A DNA stretch of 27,518 nt from a virus (taxonomy: Duplodnaviria; Caudoviricetes). Position 1 is the stretch's first letter, and the number at the start of each line of letters is the position of its first letter. This document shows, piece after piece, positions 18,172-24,915 of this stretch. The position numbers were made by a program, and so were the translations under genes. Below the pieces are notes generated by a model. That model saw only the letters and a list, made by a program, of their open reading frames with translations. It had not been told where the DNA came from and made no database searches. The stretch lies in IMG/VR virus record IMGVR_UViG_3300025610_000117, positions 1-27,518 of that record. One strand, given 5' to 3'.

Positions 18172-18450
18172 CTAAATTATATTTACATAATCATCGTTGA
18201 TAATTGTCTGTATATGGATATAACCTTCGGGCCAGTAAGTGTAGGTTTCTTTAAGAGCCTTTGCTGTTCTATGTACTGATGCCTCAAAGTGTTCAAACAT
18301 TCCTAGCTCTTCTTTACAGTACCAAAAAGGTATGCGAAGTACTGGCTCAGCTGGTCCATGTTCTTCATAGTAAACAACAATTTCAGCGTCGTTGCTAACT
18401 GCATTGTCGTTTCCAAAGTGTTTAGTGTGTTTGTTTTCTGGCTGTTTCAT
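18172..18450 (-). CDS. hypothetical phage protein
   Basis: ATGA overlap with AOX stop; 92 aa. Confidence 0.65.
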   Translation of the reverse strand: MKQPENKHTKHFGNDNAVSNDAEIVVYYEEHGPAEPVLRIPFWYCKEELGMFEHFEASVHRTAKALKETYTYWPEGYIHIQTIINDDYVNII

Positions 18451-19010
18451 AAAGACATTCTCATATTAGCGTCAGCATGGCGCTGTTCATCGGCCCTAAC
18501 ATAGCGAATCATTGTGGCTAGGGTTGCTTCTGGTCCAAGACCGTAATAGTTACGGGCAGAGGCTGGGCAAACAACGTCTTCTGCTTTGCCACTTTCTACA
18601 AGATTTAAATATTCAGTATAACTATTAACTGCTTCTTGTTCAAAGTATGCTACCATACGATGCGCTGTTTTGGAAGAGCAAATGTATAATAGCAGGTAAA
18701 AATGCCAAAAAATAAATTGGGCCGCAGTAATTAAAAATCTTTCAAACACATTGGGCTGTGCAATTTCTAAAAAAAACATAAGATGCATACGCTCGTTCTT
18801 AGCTTCTTCAAGCATTTGATTTATGTAAGGATCATAGCCCCGCCGAAGGCGACGTAAACTTTTAAGATGTAACATCATGCCAGCCACCATAGCTGGAACA
18901 GCCGCTACTGTTTCAAGAACTACAGCACGGTGACCGTACCTTTTTGCAAAGAAAGTATCTGCTGTCCATTTAAAAAAGCTCGTCATGCTGCGAGCAAAAA
19001 AGTCTTTCAT
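18447..19010 (-). CDS. aox: alternative oxidase (ubiquinol oxidase, di-iron carboxylate)
   Basis: LETVAAVP.MV, EEA.NERMHL, YFEQEAV.SY and RADE..H motifs; GGAGG RBS. Confidence 0.93.
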   Translation of the reverse strand: MKDFFARSMTSFFKWTADTFFAKRYGHRAVVLETVAAVPAMVAGMMLHLKSLRRLRRGYDPYINQMLEEAKNERMHLMFFLEIAQPNVFERFLITAAQFIFWHFYLLLYICSSKTAHRMVAYFEQEAVNSYTEYLNLVESGKAEDVVCPASARNYYGLGPEATLATMIRYVRADEQRHADANMRMSL

Positions 19011-19313
19011 TTACACCTCCTTTATTAAAGCTACTATTAACATAAAAAATGATATGCCGTTCAACATTATCAAAGCCCTATCTCGCCAGATGACAGAGAC
19101 CCAAGTCCACAAGGCTATCCCTACTGTACCAAACATAAGATCGTATATCCTATACTCTGGACCAGCAGACCTCAAGGCTAAACTACAAAGAACTACAATA
19201 GATGCAACCCACTTTAAGTACCAATCAAAATTATCAGGATACCAATTCCTATCGGGCTTGTTGCGACCCAGAGCGCGAACTACTGGGTCTCCTTTTCCTT
19301 CGTTGCCCTTCAT
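19011..19313 (-). CDS. small integral membrane protein (DUF6552-like, ~3 TM)
   Basis: DWYLKWVAS...LW..VS..WRDRALI.LN; three hydrophobic segments. Confidence 0.7.
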   Translation of the reverse strand: MKGNEGKGDPVVRALGRNKPDRNWYPDNFDWYLKWVASIVVLCSLALRSAGPEYRIYDLMFGTVGIALWTWVSVIWRDRALIMLNGISFFMLIVALIKEV

Positions 19314-19642
19314 AAGTCGCTAGGCCAAGCAACAGTTAAATCAGATCTATAATAACTAATGATGCTGTCTGTAATTAACGATAAAAACTCTCGTTGTTCT
19401 GTGACCTCCATCTTTTTAAATAAAGATAAAAGGCTTGCTCCCGTTGTACAAACAGGGCGATACTCTATATCTAACTGTCGTGCGGCCTCCTGAAAATCAG
19501 GAAGCTCCCAGCAATGAATTTTTAGTATATCAACAATTGAAATATAATTGTTTTCCATTATATCAACTACTTCTTTTGCATTTTTTAATTCAATGTCTGT
19601 AGCATCAATAGGAATATCATCGACAATATAAACTCTAGCCAT
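19310..19642 (-). CDS. hypothetical protein
   Basis: 110-aa ORF tightly packed in the operon. Confidence 0.6.
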   Translation of the reverse strand: MARVYIVDDIPIDATDIELKNAKEVVDIMENNYISIVDILKIHCWELPDFQEAARQLDIEYRPVCTTGASLLSLFKKMEVTEQREFLSLITDSIISYYRSDLTVAWPSDL

Positions 19643-19643
19643 G

Positions 19644-20573
19644 TTATGCCGCCTTTAAATATTTACGCAAAGTTGAAATAGAATCTTGCTGGCGCTTGAA
19701 CTGAACAGACGCAAGGGTATCTTTGTTACGAACATTATCAGCGTGGGTTGTGTAATCTGTTACTGCGTTATATGCAGCCCACTCTGTATTACCTAGTCGA
19801 GGTACATAAGTATCATAATAAACATTAAGAAGGTAATTAAAGCCTGTGTTTTGACGCTTAAGATGGTGTCGAACCATGTAGGGGCTAACGCCCTCGTTGA
19901 AGATAAGATCTTCTACTTGATCACCAATACCAACAATGTCTGCAAACATTAGACAAGCGTGGATAGGCTCAATAGAGTTTGTATACATACGCTTCCAAAC
20001 TTCACGCTCTTCTGTAAAGAAATCTAAAGACTTTACAATGGTTCTTGAAGCTTTATCAAGATCTAAGTTAAGGGTGTGATTACCTTTGAAGACCGCAACC
20101 TCCCCAGAAATAAATACTTGGAGATTCGTACACGCTTGTTGGATTGCCGCCGCACTGATGACAAACGGAAAGCTACTGTCAATAGATGTTGTAGCCAGTA
20201 AACCCAATGAGGCGGTATCACCATCTGGAGTTTCATAAGTATGAGCAGGCAACTTATACTTTACAAAAGATCTTGCACCGTCGTGACTCACTGCGATCTG
20301 TTCGCTGATGCCATCGGTATTCAGGCCACTACGCAATATAATTTCTCGCGCAGTTTTGATAACGTCTTTAGGGGCTACCGCTTTGTGACGAGACGAGTGA
20401 ATACCTAAAGCTTTCTTAGTATCGGTGCGATAGGTCACCCACTTATCAGTTTCATGATAACTATAATCAGAACTAAACAACGCAGGTGTTGTAGCAATAT
20501 CAAAGTCTGCGTCACCAAAGCCCCCGAAAGTATCGGAGGCGTTAGAGTTAAACATATTAAACACATTAGACAT
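19644..20573 (-). CDS. DUF932/DUF945 family protein
   Basis: ACTNL and WAAYNAVTDYTTH motifs; GGAG RBS. Confidence 0.85.
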   Translation of the reverse strand: MSNVFNMFNSNASDTFGGFGDADFDIATTPALFSSDYSYHETDKWVTYRTDTKKALGIHSSRHKAVAPKDVIKTAREIILRSGLNTDGISEQIAVSHDGARSFVKYKLPAHTYETPDGDTASLGLLATTSIDSSFPFVISAAAIQQACTNLQVFISGEVAVFKGNHTLNLDLDKASRTIVKSLDFFTEEREVWKRMYTNSIEPIHACLMFADIVGIGDQVEDLIFNEGVSPYMVRHHLKRQNTGFNYLLNVYYDTYVPRLGNTEWAAYNAVTDYTTHADNVRNKDTLASVQFKRQQDSISTLRKYLKAA

Positions 20574-20589
20574 GGTTGTCTCCTAAAGT

Positions 20590-20775
20590 TTACTGTAAAA
20601 TAAGCTTACCTTCTGGTGGCACATCAGCATCACCATTTAATTCTTTAGAATGAGTTATTGATATTGTATCAATTAGCTCATATTCTCTACAGTAGTCGTT
20701 ACAAACTACTGCTTGCGATAAATAACAAGAAGGTAATTTTATAAGTGCATCTATTAATTCTTGATAAGTCATCAC
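20590..20775 (-). CDS. hypothetical protein
   Basis: MTYQELIDALIKL start typical of phage early genes; GGAG RBS. Confidence 0.6.
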   Translation of the reverse strand: MMTYQELIDALIKLPSCYLSQAVVCNDYCREYELIDTISITHSKELNGDADVPPEGKLILQ

Positions 20776-20780
20776 AACTC

Positions 20781-20987
20781 CTACGCTGCACGTTCAACAA
20801 TTAATTGGCGTGGAATATCTACAAGCTTTCGGAATCCAATCGGACGCGACTTGGAATGCTGAAGATAAAAACCATACTTGCCAATCTGAAAACTGTAAAA
20901 ACATTCGCCTTTTGAGACGCTGTAGCGATTCTTTACTTTACGCTTACGAATCATGTAGCTTTTGTTAAACAACTTTCCTGTATTCAT
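20781..20987 (-). CDS. small basic hypothetical protein (68 aa)
   Basis: Start MNTGKL at 20987 with GGAG RBS; the longer track ORF runs over the promoter. Confidence 0.65.
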   Translation of the reverse strand: MNTGKLFNKSYMIRKRKVKNRYSVSKGECFYSFQIGKYGFYLQHSKSRPIGFRKLVDIPRQLIVERAA

Positions 20988-21043
20988 GTTCACTCTCCTA
21001 TGAGTTTGGTAGTTTGAAAGCCCCACTGCTTCGAGGCCATTAC

Positions 21044-21072
21044 AAGGTAACACGATTGCCGCTTGCTGTCAA
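21044..21072 (-). promoter_or_regulatory. sigma70-type promoter with extended -10
   Basis: TTGACA (21072-21067), 17 nt ending TGT, TACCTT (21049-21044). Confidence 0.7.
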
Positions 21073-21263
21073 GCCCAATCACGCCCATGTTTTTTTCTAT
21101 ACAGCATCTCGAAGGCATCAAGATAATCCAAATACTTATCTATTTCATCTTTGAAATATCTTTTATAATACATCTTCTCAACACCGATAGCTATCTGTTT
21201 GTCGTGAGAAAAACTAAACTCCCACGCCTGCTTTAATAAACTTAATCTAAGATCTTTTCTCAT
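21069..21263 (-). CDS. hypothetical protein
   Basis: MRKDLRL start by ATGA overlap (alternative start 21275). Confidence 0.55.
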   Translation of the reverse strand: MRKDLRLSLLKQAWEFSFSHDKQIAIGVEKMYYKRYFKDEIDKYLDYLDAFEMLYRKKHGRDWA

Positions 21264-21463
21264 GGCTGACCCCATTCCTTGCCTAACCTATCTACAGCCT
21301 TTATAATATTATCATGGTCTTCGTCGGTGAGTAGCGGCAATACATCACCAAGCTCAGGATATTTATCAAATACAACAGAATCTAATTCAATAATTTTGTC
21401 GTAAGGGCAATAAGTATAACTTACAGTTATATTTAAACTAAGCCTAATGTTTTCAGTCTGCAT
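21260..21463 (-). CDS. hypothetical protein
   Basis: MQTENIR start with GGAGG RBS. Confidence 0.6.
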   Translation of the reverse strand: MQTENIRLSLNITVSYTYCPYDKIIELDSVVFDKYPELGDVLPLLTDEDHDNIIKAVDRLGKEWGQP

Positions 21464-21632
21464 CTGCATCCTCCAAAATAAAGTCATCACATAATTCTAC
21501 ATCGAGCGTGTGTACTTTTAAAAACTCATCCCAGTCTGCAAACTCATCGAACAACTCTTGAGCATGGTCTCGATTCTCAGCTCGTACTTTAACCTCAAAA
21601 ATTCTAGTTAAAAATATTTGATATGTTTTCAT
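21453..21632 (-). CDS. acidic hypothetical protein (59 aa), not in ORF track
   Basis: MKTYQIFLTRIFEVKVRAENRDHA...; ATGA overlap; GAGG RBS. Confidence 0.6.
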   Translation of the reverse strand: MKTYQIFLTRIFEVKVRAENRDHAQELFDEFADWDEFLKVHTLDVELCDDFILEDADAD

Positions 21633-21787
21633 TCTACTAATCCTCTATGGTATAAATCATTTGAAAGTGTTACCATCATTTTTTGTAAACGCATTACATC
21701 TTCTTCTAAAGAATCTACTTCAAGATCATCTAACAAACAAGCAATCTCTAATTCAATATCATAAACTAAATCGGATAGTGTCGTCAT
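21629..21787 (-). CDS. acidic hypothetical protein (52 aa), not in ORF track
   Basis: MTTLSDLVYDIELEIACLL...; GAGG RBS. Confidence 0.55.
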   Translation of the reverse strand: MTTLSDLVYDIELEIACLLDDLEVDSLEEDVMRLQKMMVTLSNDLYHRGLVE

Positions 21788-21795
21788 GTCAAACC

Positions 21796-22398
21796 TCATT
21801 GCACTAAATAATTATAATGAGCTTCAGAAACTTCAAAGCCATTGTTCCACGATTTGTCTCTATCTCCTAGAAAATTACACCAATTGTTCCAAAGTTGTTC
21901 GGTCCCAATACTGTGACAAATGTTTACATATTGATTTATTTTTGAGCGTCGAAGATCTTCAGACTTCAAAGTGTTCGGAAGCTTTAAATGTTTTTCATTA
22001 ATACCATACATTCTAATATTATGAGTGTCGATACAGCCAACCAGCCCCGCCGTCAATTGACAAACAAATCCAGCCTTAGCAAGTCCAAGCCCCGGCACCC
22101 TAAGAAATATTCGCATGAGCGTTGCAGCTTTATCGGCTTCGGATTTATTAGAGTTTACAACGGCCATAAACTGACCGTACATAAAATCTTTACGAGCCTG
22201 AAGATACTTGTATGTTTTCTTTTTATTGCCCCACAAGAATCGTGAGTCGCCGCCTTCGGCTTGAACATCTTTCATCTGATAACCTACGGTTGACCAATTT
22301 TGCTGAATGCTGAGAGCCACCATGAGTATCACATTTGATAAATTATTTGCAGACTCTTGAGCATATTGCTGGATTGCTATGCCGTGAATGTTATACAT
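21796..22398 (-). CDS. HhH-GPD superfamily DNA glycosylase-like protein
   Basis: HhH motif FLRVPGLGLAKAGF followed by GCIDTHN (catalytic Asp position); GGAG RBS. Confidence 0.7.
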   Translation of the reverse strand: MYNIHGIAIQQYAQESANNLSNVILMVALSIQQNWSTVGYQMKDVQAEGGDSRFLWGNKKKTYKYLQARKDFMYGQFMAVVNSNKSEADKAATLMRIFLRVPGLGLAKAGFVCQLTAGLVGCIDTHNIRMYGINEKHLKLPNTLKSEDLRRSKINQYVNICHSIGTEQLWNNWCNFLGDRDKSWNNGFEVSEAHYNYLVQ

Positions 22399-22612
22399 TG
22401 CGTATCTCCTGTAAAAATTTACTTACACTTAAATTAGAACTTGTCACTGCCTCGTGGAACTCGTAAACATCGACCATCGTCCAAGATTGGTTGAGCCTCT
22501 TGCCCCACGCCTCTACTAAGATACCACAGAAATCGTCGTCGTCAAGGCAGTAACGCACCTTGCGTTCGTAATTTAATTTCTTGATTCTTTGAAGATTACC
22601 AACACTCTTCAT
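22391..22612 (-). CDS. hypothetical protein
   Basis: MKSVGN start with GGAG RBS. Confidence 0.6.
   Translation of the reverse strand: MKSVGNLQRIKKLNYERKVRYCLDDDDFCGILVEAWGKRLNQSWTMVDVYEFHEAVTSSNLSVSKFLQEIRNV
22518..22545 (-). promoter_or_regulatory. possible sigma70 promoter upstream of the glycosylase gene
   Basis: TTGACG, 16 nt ending TGG, TATCTT (extended -10). Confidence 0.4.
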
Positions 22613-22850
22613 CGGTCTTTCTCCCAAACAATTCTGTTAATCTTTCTTTGGACGGAGCTTCGTGAAGTTTTAATTCTCTAGCTGAATAAGTATATACAAC
22701 CTTATCACTAACCTCTCGAACTCGATAACCTGCGTTTTCTTTTAGCGCCCTTCGGCCTGCTTCGACCTTGGCCTCTTCATAATATATTGTAGTTAACACT
22801 TCAGTCCAATTACCTTCACCGTTTTCTCTTTCAAGAATATATTCTTTCAT
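22596..22850 (-). CDS. hypothetical early protein
   Basis: GGAG RBS; 84 aa. Confidence 0.65.
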   Translation of the reverse strand: MKEYILERENGEGNWTEVLTTIYYEEAKVEAGRRALKENAGYRVREVSDKVVYTYSARELKLHEAPSKERLTELFGRKTDEECW

Positions 22851-22945
22851 TTTGAATAACTCCCTACAATAAAGCCAAAGCCTATTGACACCATGCTTAC
22901 CAACACATGGGCTGCTAAAAATATTTCAAGTTGGAAACAAACCAT
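22847..22945 (-). CDS. hydrophobic peptide (32 aa), not in ORF track
   Basis: MVCFQLEIFLAAHVLVSMVSIGFGFIVGSYSK; GGAGG RBS; ATGA overlap. Confidence 0.5.
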   Translation of the reverse strand: MVCFQLEIFLAAHVLVSMVSIGFGFIVGSYSK

Positions 22946-22946
22946 A

Positions 22947-23063
22947 TTACTGGCCTCCCATAACTTTAAAATTATATTTTAACATTGCCCACGCATGATG
23001 ATCGTCGGAGCAAGCAGATATAAAACTTAGTAAATCATCAATAGTCATCATATTGGTATTCAT
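22947..23063 (-). CDS. hypothetical peptide (38 aa), not in ORF track
   Basis: MNTNMMTIDDLLSF...; GAGG RBS; fills gap. Confidence 0.45.
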   Translation of the reverse strand: MNTNMMTIDDLLSFISACSDDHHAWAMLKYNFKVMGGQ

Positions 23064-23067
23064 AATA

Positions 23068-23295
23068 TTATTCCTCATCCCAAGGTATCATTTTCTCCCA
23101 ACAGGGAGGACAGTGATAAACGCCACTGTCAGCCCCAATAAGTATTTCACGATCATTCGCATCCAGCCAAGGAAATATATTTTGAACCAAGGCATTGCGG
23201 TCGGCTTTGTAATATTCCCAATATTTTCTGGGGACATCGACGGCCTGTAAAGATTTACACATGTTGCATTCAACCATAACAGCTGTGTGTTCCAT
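23068..23295 (-). CDS. small Zn-finger protein
   Basis: CNMC...QNIFPWL...REILI...CPPCW. Confidence 0.7.
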   Translation of the reverse strand: MEHTAVMVECNMCKSLQAVDVPRKYWEYYKADRNALVQNIFPWLDANDREILIGADSGVYHCPPCWEKMIPWDEE

Positions 23296-23495
23296 TACAT
23301 TAATTCCTCTAATTCTAAATATTGATCGTGAATTTCATCGTACCATTCATTTACGATATCAATGCAATCTTCTAAGCTTTCAGCTTCAGTCCAAACATCG
23401 CCCTTGTCATCCATGATGAGCCAAAAGAATTGTATATTCTTTAGGGTGAAGTAGCGATACTTGTAAAGTTTAGAATTTAATTTTTTTAATTCCAT
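23295..23495 (-). CDS. hypothetical early protein
   Basis: AAGGA RBS; TAATG coupling. Confidence 0.6.
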   Translation of the reverse strand: MELKKLNSKLYKYRYFTLKNIQFFWLIMDDKGDVWTEAESLEDCIDIVNEWYDEIHDQYLELEELM

Positions 23496-23507
23496 GATAA
23501 TAATTCC

Positions 23508-23708
23508 TTAAAATTCAAAGCCAGCAAAACATTCTGTTTTACCTTTACGGTAAACAACCTTGTTAGCATCAACCCACGAAGTCAACTCATAAGCTTTACT
23601 GTATCTACAGTATTCACCTCGAATATAAACATTAGCTGTCGGCTGTCCTTTACGGACAAGTTTAACGAAGTCGCCTTGCTTAACATTTTTAATGTTAGTT
23701 TGCTGCAT
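23508..23708 (-). CDS. hypothetical early protein (beta-rich)
   Basis: GAGG RBS; IKNVKQGDFVKL...VYIRGEY. Confidence 0.65.
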   Translation of the reverse strand: MQQTNIKNVKQGDFVKLVRKGQPTANVYIRGEYCRYSKAYELTSWVDANKVVYRKGKTECFAGFEF

Positions 23709-23743
23709 AATATTATCCTCAAGATTAATTAAAAGTTTATGAA

Positions 23744-23764
23744 ACCCTGATTAAGCATCAGGGT
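23744..23764 (-). terminator. hairpin over the stop of the first early gene (weak terminator or processing site)
   Basis: ACCCTGAT-5 nt-ATCAGGGT 8-bp stem followed by TTCATAAACTTTT. Confidence 0.4.
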
Positions 23765-24266
23765 CAGTTTCGAGGTAAGCCATAATAATATCAAGCTTCG
23801 CTTCGAAGGTAGCAAGTTTCTTGTCGGTTGCATCCTGTCGCTTTGTGATGGCATCAAACCGTGCTTGGAACTCAGAGAGTTCTGACGTATCCGCTTGAAT
23901 CTTTTTAACGGTGGTTGTTTTCTCAGCCTTCGGCTTCGAAACCTTCGGAGTATCCTTAATGACAGCCTTAGTCTTCTTAGCCTTAACAGGCTTAGAAGTC
24001 ATCATGTTGGTAAACTTCTTTGGAATCGTTTCAGCTTCGAAGAAGCGACTCACATCGGCATGAGTGATAGGAGTTTCAGTATTTTCATTCTGAAACTTTA
24101 AGAGGATAGCGCTGAAGATTTTGGAGAGTCTGTAAGACTCCGAAGGTGTTTTGCCACCGACCTTACCAAAGTGCTTGGCTACAGCATAAAGCTGTCGTGA
24201 TGAGGCGGTGCGATTCCCATCGACGTTAACGAAAATCTCTGATTTTTGAAGGTTCGAAATGCTCAT
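23751..24266 (-). CDS. first early gene; protein with Lys-rich linker and C-terminal coiled coil
   Basis: GGAG RBS 8 nt before ATG at 24266; KPVKAKKTKA...KPKAEK tract. Confidence 0.75.
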   Translation of the reverse strand: MSISNLQKSEIFVNVDGNRTASSRQLYAVAKHFGKVGGKTPSESYRLSKIFSAILLKFQNENTETPITHADVSRFFEAETIPKKFTNMMTSKPVKAKKTKAVIKDTPKVSKPKAEKTTTVKKIQADTSELSEFQARFDAITKRQDATDKKLATFEAKLDIIMAYLETDPDA

Positions 24267-24325
24267 GTTCATTACTCCGTAATGGTTTTAGGTTTGAAGC
24301 AACGCTCTGTCGCTGTTGCCATTCC

Positions 24326-24355
24326 ATTAAGGGCAGAGTTTCGAAATTTTTGCAA
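24326..24355 (-). promoter_or_regulatory. candidate early promoter
   Basis: TTGCAA, 18 nt, CTTAAT upstream of a structured leader. Confidence 0.4.
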
Positions 24356-24435
24356 CCTCTTTCCCTGCGCATTATGCGGTTGTGAAAGAGCGTGTGATGT
24401 GATCGGGTGAGAAAACTCAGCGGTGGATTTTTACT

Positions 24436-24755
24436 CAATATAGAATATATTGGAAGTTGTTGGAATCATTGGAGATTTTGGAATCGAGTTATAAATCTTT
24501 AAAGATTTCTAAAGGTTTCTGGAGCTGTCCACTAGAGAGTCTTTAAAAATTTTATAAATTTTCTATACGCCTCATGCGAGACTGAGAAAATCTTTAGAGA
24601 TTTTCGAAGTCTTTAGGGGTACGCAGGTGCCCATGCCCCCTCCCCCGTATATATATACATGCTCAAACATTTTTGGAGATTTTTGGAGTGTCTACCAGTT
24701 GGCCCCACAGACCTTTAAAGCCCAGACATAAAAAAAGGCCCACCGGCCTTTAAAG
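24436..24755. repeat. short-repeat and palindrome region; probable genome terminus/terminal-repeat junction
   Basis: TTGGA at 24450/60/69/78 and 24673/83; CTTTA(A/G)(A/G)(G/A) six times; palindromes 24493-24508, 24586-24605, 24647-24658; located between the divergent arms upstream of terS. Confidence 0.6.
24730..24751 (-). terminator. intrinsic terminator
   Basis: AAAGGCC-GGTG-GGCCTTT stem with a run of 7 U on the - strand. Confidence 0.8.
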
Positions 24756-24810
24756 AGACACCCACGATAGTGGGCGAGTAGATGTATATATATGCACCTC
24801 TGACGGGTAC
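24730..24810 (-). ncRNA. putative ~81-nt small RNA with three stem-loops
   Basis: Bounded by a perfect sigma70 promoter and an intrinsic terminator; no AUG or RBS inside. Confidence 0.7.
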
Positions 24811-24817
24811 AAATATT

Positions 24818-24846
24818 ATTATACACCTGTATTTCAATTTTGTCAA
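24818..24846 (-). promoter_or_regulatory. consensus sigma70 promoter (leftward)
   Basis: TTGACA (24846-24841), 17 nt, TATAAT (24823-24818). Confidence 0.88.
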
Positions 24847-24879
24847 TGAAATAATACCAAAAAAAGATAAATAAAGTTC

Positions 24880-24908
24880 TTGACAAAGATACAATATAGG
24901 TATATAAT
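24880..24908 (+). promoter_or_regulatory. consensus sigma70 promoter (rightward, packaging operon)
   Basis: TTGACA (24880-24885), 17 nt, TATAAT (24903-24908). Confidence 0.88.
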
Positions 24909-24915
24909 GTATAAC

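Noticed and set aside
18447-19010. Di-iron protein as PTOX or as an RNR beta subunit
   Set aside because: LETVAAVP, NERMHL and RADE..H are AOX-type rather than PTOX-type; it is far from the RNR gene, which looks class II
14919-21792. Other - strand TTGACA hits (about 14919, 20177, 21787)
   Set aside because: No convincing -10 element at 17-nt spacing
24436-24755. Short repeats as a CRISPR array or tRNA
   Set aside because: Units are 5-16 bp with no regular spacers; no cloverleaf or T-loop found
24880-24915. TTG start of terS at 24880
   Set aside because: That TTG is the -35 box and lies upstream of the predicted TSS
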